From: Erysipelotrichaceae bacterium
GTDB lineage: Bacteria; Bacillota_I; Bacilli_A; Erysipelotrichales; Erysipelotrichaceae
DNA length: 64,000 nucleotides
Assembly: GCA_017539105.1 (NCBI GenBank)
Contig: JAFYHQ010000045.1
Span: forward strand, 54,320 to 118,319
Direction of reading: 5' to 3'
The notes under the pieces were generated by a model. It did no database searches, had not been told where the DNA came from, and worked only from the letters and a program-made list of their open reading frames with translations. This document shows, in pieces, positions 38,882-48,563 of the stretch. The position numbers and the translations under genes are program-made. Numbering within the stretch: the stretch's first letter is position 1; each line of letters starts with the position of its first letter.

Positions 38882-39648
38882 GTGCCTTTATTGAAATGTA
38901 AAATGTGTGGCGGCAGCCTGAACATCATAGAAGGTCAGACAGTCTGCGAATGCGAATACTGCGGTACGAAACAGACGCTTCCAAAACTGGATAGCGAAAG
39001 AAAACTCAATCTGTATGACCGTGCTTCCTTTTTAAGAAGAAGCAACGATTTTGATAAAGCTACAGCCATTTATGAGCAGATCCTTGCTGAAGATAAGACG
39101 GATGCCGAAGCATACTGGTCTCTGGTTTTGTGCAAGTATGGCGTCGAATATGTGGAAGATCCTTCCTCTCATAAGAGACTACCGACAGTCAACAGGACAC
39201 AATTGACCTCGATCTTCAATGATCCGGATTATAAAGAAGCACTTAACCACGCTTCTGTTGAACAGAAGATTATCTATGAAGAAGAAGCAAAAAAGATTGA
39301 TGATATCCAAAAAAGCATATTCAAACTAAAGAGGTAATAACAAATGTTGGGAATAACACATACGATAGTGTTTTCTTATTAGGCACTGATGAAGTAAAAG
39401 AATACTTAAATACCATCCAGATAAGACGATGTCAGGTTTCTGAATATGCTTTCAGTCGACACGCGACAAGAGCAAGCGATGGTTACTGTTGGTGGTGGCT
39501 TCGCACTATTAGTGGTGATCATTCCAGAGCTGTTGTTGTTTATTCTGATGGCAGTATATATAGTACCGGGAATCTCGCTAATACAACAAGTAATACTGTT
39601 CGTCCTGCCATGTGGATTACTTTACCTTGATTTAGCCCAGTTATTCAT
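38882..39648 (+). pseudogene. Decayed third paralog of the Zn-ribbon-TIR membrane protein family (intact N-terminal 151 codons, internal deletion removing TIR and TM, frameshifted C-terminal CWWWLR...VRPAMWI remnant)
   Basis: 38882-39337 encodes MPLLKCKMCGGSLN..CEYCGT..AEAYWSLVLCKYGVEYVEDP, then stops. Frame +1 across 39373-39648 translates to VFLLGTDEVKEYLN...GYCWWWLRT...SNTVRPAMWITLP, which is homologous to the C-terminus of paralog B. Confidence 0.6.
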
Positions 39649-39820
39649 CTAAATATACTTATAGTTAATTACATGTCGATCATTTGGTTGACATGTTTTT
39701 TCTATTGAAAATGTCAGGAAGATCAACAGACAATGACTTTATCGTAGCAGTTTAATAGTAATAATCAGACATATTATATTTCAGGCTATGATTCAATGAT
39801 TCGTAAGTTATAATTGAACT

Positions 39821-41794
39821 ATGGATGATAGGAAATTCAAACTGGTATCACCCTTCACTCCTACCGGAGATCAGCCGGAAGCAATCGAAAAGCTGGTCGA
39901 AGGGATCAACGAAGGCAAAGAGGAACAGGTCCTTTTAGGTGCGACCGGTACGGGAAAAACATTTACGATCGCCAATGTCATCGCACAAGTCAACAAGCCT
40001 ACTCTGGTCTTCGCCCATAATAAGACTTTGGCAGGCCAGCTTTATTCGGAATTCAAGGCTTTATTCCCGGAGAATGCAGTCGAATACTTCATCTCCAACT
40101 TCGACTATTATCAGCCGGAAGCCTACATGCCCAAGACCGATACCTATATTGAAAAGAATGCCGTCACCAACGACGAGATCGACATGCTGAGGATGTCCGC
40201 ATACAACTCTCTATTGGAACGAAGGGATGTCATTGTCGTCGCGTCTGTGGCCTGCATCTATGCCGGCAGCAACCCTAAGGATTACAAAGATATGTTTTTT
40301 ACGCTGAAGGTTGGAGAGATCATCGACCGTCAGGATCTGATTAAAAGATTAGTCGTCATGCAGTATCAGCGCAACGATGTGGACAAGCTGCGCGGAACGT
40401 TCTCCGTCAAAGGCGATGTCATCGAGATCTGTCCGGGACATACCGATGCCTTCATCATACGGGTTGAAATGTTTGATGACGAAGTCGAGAGGATCACCGA
40501 GATCGAACCTGTCACCAAGAATCTGATCAATGGCTATACGATCTATTCCTTCTTCCCGGCATCCGGCTATGCGCGCAAGAAAGAAGACCTTCTGATTGCC
40601 TGCGACAATATCGAAAAAGAACTGGAAGAACGGCTCGAATACTTCAAAGAAAAAGGCAAAGCCGTGGAATATGAACGTCTGGAACAGCGCTGCCGCTATG
40701 ATATCGAGGCTTTAAGAGAAATGGGCATGTGCTCGGGCATTGAGAACTATGCGATGCATATCGACCACCGTGTACCGGGAGAGAGACCTTACAACCTCTT
40801 TGATTATTTCGGCGATGATTTCCTGATCGTGGTCGATGAATCCCATGCGTCTCTGCCGCAGATCCGGGGCATGTACAATGGCGATCATCAGCGCAAGCTG
40901 ACTCTTGTGGAATACGGTTTCCGTCTGCCTAGCGCTCTGGAAAACCGCCCGATGCGATTCGATGAATGGGAAGAGATCAATGCCCAGCGCATCTATATGT
41001 CCGCGACTCCGGGAGATTATGAACTGGAACGCAGCGGTGAAGTCGTAGAACAGCTCATCCGTCCGACCGGACTGGTCGATCCAAAAGTGGAAGTACGCAA
41101 GACCAACGGCCAGATCGACGACCTGATGCAGGAGATAAATGCAACGATCGAGAAAAATCAGCGTACCCTGATCACGACACTGACAGTCAAGATGGCCGAA
41201 GATCTCAGCGACTATCTGCAGAAGCTGAACTATAAGGTTGCCTATCTCCATCATGAAACCAAGACGCTGGAACGAAGCGAGATCATCCACGACCTGAGAG
41301 AAGGAAAATACGATGTCCTGGTCGGAATCAATCTGTTAAGAGAAGGACTGGATATTCCGGAAGTATCCCTGATCGCGATCCTGGATGCGGACAAAGAAGG
41401 CTTCCTAAGAAGCTCCCGTTCCCTGATCCAGACCATCGGCCGTGCCGCCCGTAATGTGGATGGCAGGGTCATCATGTATGCGGACGAGATCACTGATTCC
41501 ATGAAACAGGCCATCGATGAGACCGAACGACGCAGGAAGATACAGATCGCCTATAATGAGGAACATCACATCACTCCGCGTTCCGTCGTAAAAGAAGTCA
41601 ACGAAGTCATCCATTCGAAAGAAACCAAAGAAATGGCTCGCAAATATAACCAGAAGCATAAGCACACGAAGGCGGAAAAAGAAAAACTCATGGCTTCGAT
41701 CGAAGCGGAAATGAAACAGGCTGCAAAACAGCTGAATTTCGAGCGTGCCGCCGAACTGAGGGATATCCTGTATGAACTCCGAGACGAAGATTGA
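39821..41794 (+). CDS. uvrB: Excinuclease ABC subunit B
   Basis: Walker A GATGTGKT, helicase motifs, the beta-hairpin region and the C-terminal UVR domain (ELRDILYEL). Confidence 0.95.
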   Translation: MDDRKFKLVSPFTPTGDQPEAIEKLVEGINEGKEEQVLLGATGTGKTFTIANVIAQVNKPTLVFAHNKTLAGQLYSEFKALFPENAVEYFISNFDYYQPEAYMPKTDTYIEKNAVTNDEIDMLRMSAYNSLLERRDVIVVASVACIYAGSNPKDYKDMFFTLKVGEIIDRQDLIKRLVVMQYQRNDVDKLRGTFSVKGDVIEICPGHTDAFIIRVEMFDDEVERITEIEPVTKNLINGYTIYSFFPASGYARKKEDLLIACDNIEKELEERLEYFKEKGKAVEYERLEQRCRYDIEALREMGMCSGIENYAMHIDHRVPGERPYNLFDYFGDDFLIVVDESHASLPQIRGMYNGDHQRKLTLVEYGFRLPSALENRPMRFDEWEEINAQRIYMSATPGDYELERSGEVVEQLIRPTGLVDPKVEVRKTNGQIDDLMQEINATIEKNQRTLITTLTVKMAEDLSDYLQKLNYKVAYLHHETKTLERSEIIHDLREGKYDVLVGINLLREGLDIPEVSLIAILDADKEGFLRSSRSLIQTIGRAARNVDGRVIMYADEITDSMKQAIDETERRRKIQIAYNEEHHITPRSVVKEVNEVIHSKETKEMARKYNQKHKHTKAEKEKLMASIEAEMKQAAKQLNFERAAELRDILYELRDED

Positions 41795-42383
41795 TATCAG
41801 GCGCTTATTCTATACCGTTCTTGGAATCGCCATTCTTGGCGCGGGTGTCGCTCTGGCTGTAAGAGCCGGATTGGGCACCAGTCCTTTGGACGTGCTCATC
41901 GAACTGGTTCATTTCAAGATCGGCATTTCAGTCGGAAGACTGACATTTTTCTGCCAGGTCATGATGGTGGTGATCGCTTTGATTCTGTGGCCCAAGACCA
42001 TCGGCATCGGAACGGTCATGGCGATGTTTCTGACCCAGTTTCCGATCGATCTGGTCTATGACCTGGTCGGGACCTATGACAGCTTCTATATCAATCTGTT
42101 CCTATGCGTCATCGGTACCGCATTGACAGCCTTTGGCGCTGCCGTGATCATCCGTGCAGGTCTGGGTATGGGAACCTATGAAGCATTGACCTTCTCGATC
42201 TCCAATCGTTTCAAGATAAAGTATCTCTATGTCAAATACGGACTGGAAGCGATCTTTCTTCTGCTGCTGATCCTGTTCCATGGAACCATCGGCATCGGTA
42301 CCTTGATTTCCTATCTCTTTTTAGGCAAACTGATCACGGTCTTCATCCCTGTGACAGAGAAATGGATCTCTTTCCCGGATTAG
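41772..42383 (+). CDS. Small polytopic membrane protein (YczE/YitT-like)
   Basis: [10 protein letters not shown]-type motif and ~6 TM helices; it overlaps the uvrB 3' end by 23 nt. Confidence 0.5.
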   Translation: MNSETKIDIRRLFYTVLGIAILGAGVALAVRAGLGTSPLDVLIELVHFKIGISVGRLTFFCQVMMVVIALILWPKTIGIGTVMAMFLTQFPIDLVYDLVGTYDSFYINLFLCVIGTALTAFGAAVIIRAGLGMGTYEALTFSISNRFKIKYLYVKYGLEAIFLLLLILFHGTIGIGTLISYLFLGKLITVFIPVTEKWISFPD

Positions 42384-42415
42384 AAACACCATAAAATGTG
42401 TTATATAATGGAACT

Positions 42416-43258
42416 ATGAAAAAACTGGTACTCATCAGCGGTATCTCCGGAGCCGGCAAATCGACTGCTTCCAATATCCTCGAGGATATGGGTTTCACTT
42501 GTATCGACCAGTATCCGGTCGAACTCTTGCCTGATCTGATCGAACTGATCAAAAGCAGTGATTCGATCAAATACAACAAAGTCGCACTGACCATCGGATT
42601 ATCGGATCTGGAGAATTTCTATGATTTATTGGCGAATTCCGAATTCGATGTTTCATTGATCCTTCTGGATGCCAGCAAGGATTCGATCATCAACCGCTAC
42701 AAGTTCACCAGACGCGTCCATCCTTTGGTGACATCGAATATGGCAGCGACCGTGGAAGAAGCGATCGAAATCGAAAAGAACATCCTGAACAAATGGAAGA
42801 CACGCAATGTGCATGTCATCGATACCAGCAATCTCACGGTCAAGCAGCACAAAGAAAAGCTGGATAAGATCCTGAAATACAACGATCAGGAGAATCTGGC
42901 GATCACGTTTGAATCCTTCGGATTCAAGAACGGGGTCCCGGAAGATGCCGATGTGATCCTGGATGTCAGGATGCTGGATAACCCGTTCTATATCGCCAAA
43001 CTGAAGAATAAGACAGGCAACGACAAGGCTGTCAGGAACTATGTCCTGGACTCCAAGCTGACCCAGCGATATATCAAGAAGAGCCTGGCTTATCTCGATT
43101 TCATGTTCAAGGAATACGGCAAAGAAGAGAAAAGACATCTGACCATCTGCGTCGGATGCACCGGAGGCCAGCATCGTAGCGTCACCCTGGCGAATTATTT
43201 CTACGAGTACTATAAAGACAAATACATGTGTTACGTGACACACAGGGAACTGAAATGA
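42416..43258 (+). CDS. rapZ: RNase adapter protein RapZ (YvcJ; P-loop NTPase)
   Basis: MKKLVLISGISGAGKSTASNILEDMG and C-terminal CTGGQHRSV; the listed ORF start at 42398 is an upstream extension. Confidence 0.9.
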   Translation: MKKLVLISGISGAGKSTASNILEDMGFTCIDQYPVELLPDLIELIKSSDSIKYNKVALTIGLSDLENFYDLLANSEFDVSLILLDASKDSIINRYKFTRRVHPLVTSNMAATVEEAIEIEKNILNKWKTRNVHVIDTSNLTVKQHKEKLDKILKYNDQENLAITFESFGFKNGVPEDADVILDVRMLDNPFYIAKLKNKTGNDKAVRNYVLDSKLTQRYIKKSLAYLDFMFKEYGKEEKRHLTICVGCTGGQHRSVTLANYFYEYYKDKYMCYVTHRELK

Positions 43259-44181
43259 AAAAGATCGTAGCGATCGGCGGAGGCCATGGGCTTTCGGCGA
43301 TCTTAAGAGGAATCAAAGACATTCCGGATATCGAGATCTCGGCAATCGTAACAGTCGCCGATGACGGAGGATCCACGGGACGTCTCAGGAAACGTTATAC
43401 CATTCCGGCCATGGGCGATGTCAGGAATGTGCTTTTGGCGTTGTCGGATGGCGAACCTTTGCTGCATGATCTGATGAACTTCCGTTTCGAAGGCGAAGAC
43501 AACATGGATATCGCAGGTCATTCCTTGGGCAATCTGATTCTGACTGCTTTGACCAATATGACCGGTTCCTTCAATGAAGCGATAAGAATTACTTCGGATA
43601 TGCTGATGGTGAAAGGAAGGATCATTCCTTCGACTCTTCAGAATGTCACCCTGTTTGCGCAGATGGATGACGGAACGATCGTCAAAGGGGAAGCCAATAT
43701 CCCATCTCTCATCCACAACATCGAAAAAGTCTTCTATCAGGAAGCGGTCCATGCCAACGAAGAAGCCGTACAGGCCATCAAAGAAGCCGATCTGATCATT
43801 TACGGGATCGGATCCCTCTATACTTCCATTCTTCCGAATACGATCATCAAAGGCATCAACGAAGCCCTGCATGAATCCAAAGCCTGGCGCATCTATTTCG
43901 CCAACTGCATGACCCAGTCCAACGAGACATATAACTATGACCTGGCAGCCCATCTGCAGGCCTTCAAGGACCATCATACCGATGTGGACCTGGTCGTCAC
44001 CCATGAAGACAAGATCCCGGAACATATCCTTTACCGTTATGCCCAGCAGAATTCCATCGAAGTCCTGGACAGCGAAGAAGTCACGATCCCGGTCATCAAA
44101 TATCCTTTATTATCTTTTGAAAACGATCTGGTCCGTCATGATCCGAAACAGATAAGGAAAGTCATCGAGGATCTGCTCTGA
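43255..44181 (+). CDS. yvcK: Gluconeogenesis factor / UPF0052 (YvcK, CofD-like)
   Basis: MKKIVAIGGGHGLSAILRGIK...DDGGSTGRLR; it overlaps rapZ by 4 nt. Confidence 0.9.
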   Translation: MKKIVAIGGGHGLSAILRGIKDIPDIEISAIVTVADDGGSTGRLRKRYTIPAMGDVRNVLLALSDGEPLLHDLMNFRFEGEDNMDIAGHSLGNLILTALTNMTGSFNEAIRITSDMLMVKGRIIPSTLQNVTLFAQMDDGTIVKGEANIPSLIHNIEKVFYQEAVHANEEAVQAIKEADLIIYGIGSLYTSILPNTIIKGINEALHESKAWRIYFANCMTQSNETYNYDLAAHLQAFKDHHTDVDLVVTHEDKIPEHILYRYAQQNSIEVLDSEEVTIPVIKYPLLSFENDLVRHDPKQIRKVIEDLL

Positions 44182-45122
44182 TGTCTTTTTCTACCGATAT
44201 CAAACAGGAAATCAGCAAGCGTGATTCCGAGCTTCACTGCAAGAAAGCGGAGCTCAGCGCATTGCTGAAGCTGACCAGTTCCCTGACCATATCCAATGGA
44301 AATCTGGGTTTTGTGGTACGCACCGAGAATCCCACCACGGCAAAGCGTATCGTTTTTTTATTGAAAGAACTCTATGAAGCGGATACGGAGCTGCAGATCT
44401 ATAAGAAGACCAATCTCAAGAAAAACAACGTCTATACCATCGAAGTCCATGAACAGGGAAGAGAGATCCTGGATGATCTGGACATCTACAATGAAAAAGG
44501 CCTGCAGGCCCATCCCCGTTACGATCTGATCATGCGCAACTGCTGCGCGGCTTCCTATCTGGCAGGAGCGTTTCTAGCTTACGGTGCCTGCAACGATCCG
44601 CAGAATTCCAACTATCACATGGAGATCTCTTTGCCCGAGATCGAGAATGCGAACTTCCTGGTCAAGCTGTTATCCCGTTTCCAGATCGAAGCGAAGATCG
44701 TTAAAAGAAGGGCGCGCTATATCGTTTATGTGAAGAAAGCGGATCATGTATCGGATTTCCTGGCGCTGATCGGCGCGCATGACGCGATGATGCGTTTTGA
44801 AGATGAAAGGATCGGAAGGGACGTAAACAACTCCATACGCAGGATCGACAACTGCGAGATCGCGAATGAAGTGAAAACACTGAAAGCGGCCCAGCAGCAG
44901 ATCACGAACATGCAGAAGATCATCGACAGCGGCAAGTATGAACATCTCAATGAGAAACTGAGGAATGTGATTGATATCCGATTGAAGTATCAGGACTCCT
45001 CATTGCTGGAGTTATGTGAAGCATATCAGAAGAACTATGGCGAAGCCATCTCCAAGTCGGGCATGAAACACCGGCTGAACCGGATCGATGGCATCGCCGA
45101 TCATTTGGAGGAACAGCCATGA
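44181..45122 (+). CDS. whiA: Sporulation/cell-division DNA-binding regulator WhiA
   Basis: LAGLIDGDG-derived N-terminal region and C-terminal HTH; conserved rapZ-yvcK-whiA synteny. Confidence 0.9.
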   Translation: MSFSTDIKQEISKRDSELHCKKAELSALLKLTSSLTISNGNLGFVVRTENPTTAKRIVFLLKELYEADTELQIYKKTNLKKNNVYTIEVHEQGREILDDLDIYNEKGLQAHPRYDLIMRNCCAASYLAGAFLAYGACNDPQNSNYHMEISLPEIENANFLVKLLSRFQIEAKIVKRRARYIVYVKKADHVSDFLALIGAHDAMMRFEDERIGRDVNNSIRRIDNCEIANEVKTLKAAQQQITNMQKIIDSGKYEHLNEKLRNVIDIRLKYQDSSLLELCEAYQKNYGEAISKSGMKHRLNRIDGIADHLEEQP

Positions 45123-45901
45123 AATATGTATTGATTACCGGAGCATCCAGCGGGATCGGAAAAGAACTGGCGAAGCAGTTTGCGAAGAAGGGACATGATC
45201 TGATTCTGGTGGCGAGAAGAGAAGATCTTCTCAAGGAACTGAAGGAAGAACTGGAAACAGAATATCATCGCAGCGTTCTTTATTATCCTTGCGATATCGC
45301 AAAAGATCCAAAAGCGGTCTATGACTTCTGCAGGGATAACGGTCTCGATGTATCCGTTCTGGTAAACAATGCGGGTTATGGGGATTACGGTCCGTTCACC
45401 GATGGGGATATCGATAAGCTTTTGGGTATGATCGATCTCAATGACAAGGCGCTGGTGGCTCTGACTTATCATTTCCTGAAGGATATGAAAGAAAAAGGAT
45501 CCGGACATATCATCAATACCGGATCGGTGGCTTCGTTCATTCCGGGTCCCTATATGGCGGTCTACTATGCGACCAAGGCTTTCGTTTTGAGCTTCTCTCT
45601 GGCATTGAGAGAAGAGCTGAAAGATACCGGCATCCATGTTTCTGTCCTGTGTCCTGCGCCGACCAAGTCTCCGTTCTGGGAGGTTGCCGGAGGGGAAACC
45701 ACTGCCGTATACAATAATATTTTTGCCCGTACCGCAAAGAATGCTGCCAAGACCGGTTATGATCTGTATGACAGCAAAAAAGCCTATGCGATCGACGGTC
45801 CGGCATACAAGCTGATCATCGGGATCGCCAGGCATCTGCCTTTGGAACTTTGTGCCAGAACGATCGGATACCTCCAATCCAAAACGAAGAAATCCCGTTA
45901 A
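45119..45901 (+). CDS. SDR-family oxidoreductase
   Basis: TGASSGIG cofactor motif and the YxxxK catalytic motif (YYATK). Confidence 0.8.
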   Translation: MKYVLITGASSGIGKELAKQFAKKGHDLILVARREDLLKELKEELETEYHRSVLYYPCDIAKDPKAVYDFCRDNGLDVSVLVNNAGYGDYGPFTDGDIDKLLGMIDLNDKALVALTYHFLKDMKEKGSGHIINTGSVASFIPGPYMAVYYATKAFVLSFSLALREELKDTGIHVSVLCPAPTKSPFWEVAGGETTAVYNNIFARTAKNAAKTGYDLYDSKKAYAIDGPAYKLIIGIARHLPLELCARTIGYLQSKTKKSR

Positions 45902-46668
45902 ATCTTTCTATAGATATCGATAATAAATGCGAACGTAACGGACAGCCCATCACAGCTGTTCAGTTTCTTTTTGTCTGAAACTGAGGTGGTATTGCTGTAG
46001 GGAGTCATCAGGAAGAGATCATGAAGCTCTTCTTTGTTCAGGATCGCTTTCTGATGGATTTTTAGCTGTTTTTCAAGGACCAGACCATCGATCATGATAT
46101 CTTCTATGTCATTCCTGTAAGGCTTCTCATAGAGGACTTCTTTCATCTCAAAGAGATGCTCCTCATCGGGACGAACCAGAAGGAATCGTCCATCTTTTTT
46201 CAGGATGCGTACGATCTCTTCCTTGGCGATCGGCGCGAAGATGGTCAGGACCTTGTCCGCACATCCGTCATATAACGGAACATCGAAGATCGATGAAAGG
46301 ATATAGACCGTATCTTTATCGCTTTTCGAAGCATAACGCAGACCCTGCTTGCTTAAGTCGATGCCTGTTTTATCCTTGCTGTGGAAACGGGAAGTATAGT
46401 AACCCTCTCCGCAAGCCAGATCGACCAGGATATCTTCTTCACTGATGTGCCTGTTTAATTCATCCAACAGGAAACGGTAATGATCCCTGTTCAGGAAATT
46501 CCTTCTTGCCTGTATCATTTCTTTATTGTCTCCGCTTGTTTCCGATTTATGCAGATAGAGATTCACATAGCCTTCCCTGGCAATATCAAAACTGTGTCCA
46601 TGAATGCACCTATAGGTATTCTCATTCTTATGCAACGTTTCTTTACAGACCGGACAACGGATTTCCAT
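45898..46668 (-). CDS. 23S rRNA (guanine-N1)-methyltransferase RlmA-like (Zn-finger + class I MTase)
   Basis: MEIRCPVCKETL...YRCIHGHSFDIAREGYVNL plus DLACGEGYY. The start is taken at the MEIRCP Met (46668) rather than the longer ORF (46806), which has no N-terminal similarity. Confidence 0.7.
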   Translation of the reverse strand: MEIRCPVCKETLHKNENTYRCIHGHSFDIAREGYVNLYLHKSETSGDNKEMIQARRNFLNRDHYRFLLDELNRHISEEDILVDLACGEGYYTSRFHSKDKTGIDLSKQGLRYASKSDKDTVYILSSIFDVPLYDGCADKVLTIFAPIAKEEIVRILKKDGRFLLVRPDEEHLFEMKEVLYEKPYRNDIEDIMIDGLVLEKQLKIHQKAILNKEELHDLFLMTPYSNTTSVSDKKKLNSCDGLSVTFAFIIDIYRKI

Positions 46669-46714
46669 AACAATATTGTACGATACGGGAAAGAAAATGT
46701 TATAGAATGAAAGT

Positions 46715-47293
46715 ATGAAAAAGGGACTGTTAATCGTATTTAGCGGAGTATCAGGCGTAGGCAAGGGAACGCTTCTTGATCGGCTGATGCCTATGGAAGA
46801 TCTCAATCTGGCTTATTCGGTATCCATGACGACCAGAGCGCCGCGCGAGGGAGAAGTCGAAGGAGAAGATTATTTCTTTGTATCCAAGAAGAGATTCGTG
46901 GAAGCCATCAAGAATGACGAGCTCCTTGAGCATGCGCGTTTTGTCGGAAACGACTATGGGACGCCGAGAGCCTACGTCGAGCAGCAACGGGAACTGGGCA
47001 AGAATGTCATTCTGGAGATCGAGATCCGGGGAGCGAAACAGATCATGGAGAAGTGTCCGGATGCCTTGAGCATCTATATCGTTCCGCCTTCGCTGGAAGA
47101 ACTGGAACGGAGACTGCGGGCTCGCGGTACCGAGGATGACGAGACGATCATGAAGAGGATCTCCAAGGCGAAGAAGGAACTCAAAGATACGGATACTTAT
47201 GAGCATATCGTATGCAACGACGACCTTGATGTCGCGGTCGAAGAGATCCGCCAGATCATTCTGGATGAGATCGATAAACAGGAAGAGAACTGA
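46715..47293 (+). CDS. gmk: Guanylate kinase
   Basis: GVSGVGKGTL P-loop and typical Gmk length. Confidence 0.9.
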   Translation: MKKGLLIVFSGVSGVGKGTLLDRLMPMEDLNLAYSVSMTTRAPREGEVEGEDYFFVSKKRFVEAIKNDELLEHARFVGNDYGTPRAYVEQQRELGKNVILEIEIRGAKQIMEKCPDALSIYIVPPSLEELERRLRARGTEDDETIMKRISKAKKELKDTDTYEHIVCNDDLDVAVEEIRQIILDEIDKQEEN

Positions 47294-47325
47294 GCGATCC
47301 GCTGAAGATTCACAGAATAGAAAGA

Positions 47326-47372
47326 AACATATCACAGGAGATAATCTTATCCTGACGATATGTTTTTATTTT
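47326..47372 (+). terminator. Terminator after gmk (stem AACATATC/GATATGTT followed by TTTTTATTTT)
   Basis: Inverted repeat followed by a T-run. Confidence 0.45.
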
Positions 47373-47384
47373 CAATAATCTTAA

Positions 47385-47414
47385 TTGTGAAAACGTTTAC
47401 AATTATCTTATAAT
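47385..47414 (+). promoter_or_regulatory. Promoter (-35 TTGTGA, 18-nt spacer, -10 TATAAT) overlapped by a consensus cre site TGAAAACGTTTACA (47388-47401)
   Basis: The cre consensus TGWAANCGNTNWCA is matched at every defined position. Promoter hexamers are read from the sequence. Confidence 0.5.
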
Positions 47415-47446
47415 ATTATTTAGGGGAAAAACCCCAGGAGGAAATT

Positions 47447-48523
47447 ATGAAAAAACTTTTTAAGTTGCTTATGATCGCTTTGATCGCTTGCTGCTTATTC
47501 GCATGCGGTAAGGGCGGTAACGAAGGCGGCGGCGAAGAAACCGTTGGCGGCGGCAGTCTGGTTATCTATTCTCCAAACTCCGACGCTCTGGTCGAAGCTG
47601 CTGAAAAATTCGGTGAGAAGTATGGCATCGATGTACAGTTCATTTCCGCAAAAACAGGCGAATGTCTGGAAAGAATCGCTGCGGAAAAAGACAACCCGCA
47701 GGGCGATGTCATGTATGGCGGCATGAACTATGCCAACTCTTTCAACCCGGATTATGTTCCGTTGTTTGAACCATACGTTGCAAAAGGCGATGAGAATCTT
47801 CCTGAAGCATATCAGAACTTCAATGGCATCACCACGCACTACTGCCTGGATGGTTCCGCAGCTTTGCTGGTCAACGTTGCCGAGTATGAAAAACTGGGTC
47901 TGAATATCGATGATTTCGATTCTTATGCAGATCTGTTACAGCCGGAACTGTTCGGCAAGATCGCTATGGGTGACCCTGCTTCTTCATCCAGTGCATGGGC
48001 TGAACTGACGAATATGCTGTTAGTCATGGGTGATGAACCATATGACGAGAAGGCTTGGGAATGGGTCAATACATTCGCTCAGAACCTGAATGGCGTCATC
48101 ATCGATGGCTCTTCCGCAATCTACAAGGGCACGTTCGAAGGCGAATATGTCGTAGGCGTTTCCTATGAAGACCCATGTGTAGGTCTCTTGGTCGACCAGG
48201 CAGCTCTGGGCGAAGAGATCGTCCGTCTGGTTTATCCTTCCGAAGGTGCCGTATGGCTCCCTGCAGGTGCAGCTATCATCAAGAACGCTCCGAATATGGA
48301 AAATGCGAAACTGTTCATGGATTGGCTGATCTCCGATGAAGGTCAGAACGAAATCGCTAAGACGACGGCTCGTCCGGTCAATCCTAGCATTCCGAACACT
48401 TCCGATCTGATGATCCCGTTCTCCAAGATCAATGTCGTATACGAAGACATGGAACTCTGCGGAACGCACAAGAAGGAATGGCAGGCTCGTTGGACGGATA
48501 TGTTCAATGCTGCAAAACAGTAA
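47447..48523 (+). CDS. ABC transporter substrate-binding lipoprotein (SBP family 1; Fe3+/thiamine/polyamine type)
   Basis: Lipobox LIACCLFACGKGG; the SBP fold is inferred from length and operon context. Confidence 0.75.
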   Translation: MKKLFKLLMIALIACCLFACGKGGNEGGGEETVGGGSLVIYSPNSDALVEAAEKFGEKYGIDVQFISAKTGECLERIAAEKDNPQGDVMYGGMNYANSFNPDYVPLFEPYVAKGDENLPEAYQNFNGITTHYCLDGSAALLVNVAEYEKLGLNIDDFDSYADLLQPELFGKIAMGDPASSSSAWAELTNMLLVMGDEPYDEKAWEWVNTFAQNLNGVIIDGSSAIYKGTFEGEYVVGVSYEDPCVGLLVDQAALGEEIVRLVYPSEGAVWLPAGAAIIKNAPNMENAKLFMDWLISDEGQNEIAKTTARPVNPSIPNTSDLMIPFSKINVVYEDMELCGTHKKEWQARWTDMFNAAKQ

Positions 48524-48563
48524 TTCAAAGTAATACAATAATCAAACAGGTGAGGTTGGAAAT

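Noticed and set aside
39446-39652. 68-aa ORF downstream of the truncated TIR paralog
   Set aside because: It overlaps, in a different frame, the region that translates to the CWWWLR...VRPAMWI remnant. It is part of the decayed paralog, not a gene.
31125-39700. Checked whether the TIR locus is a mobile island (integrase, transposase, tRNA, flanking direct repeats)
   Set aside because: No recombinase or transposase ORF, tRNA gene or obvious flanking repeat. The flanking genes (pepC, uvrB) are core, so the locus looks chromosomal and ancestral or old.
39653-39820. Searched the uvrB upstream region for a Firmicute LexA/Cheo box (GAAC-N4-GTTC)
   Set aside because: No match found. Only AT-rich promoter-like sequence with TTGACA. 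SOS control of uvrB cannot be supported from the sequence.
46669-46806. N-terminal 46-codon extension of the RlmA-like methyltransferase ORF
   Set aside because: The extension (MRSSIGISRSRSVPLP...) has no similarity to RlmA proteins, which begin at the Zn-finger (MEIRCPVCKE). The start was set at 46668.
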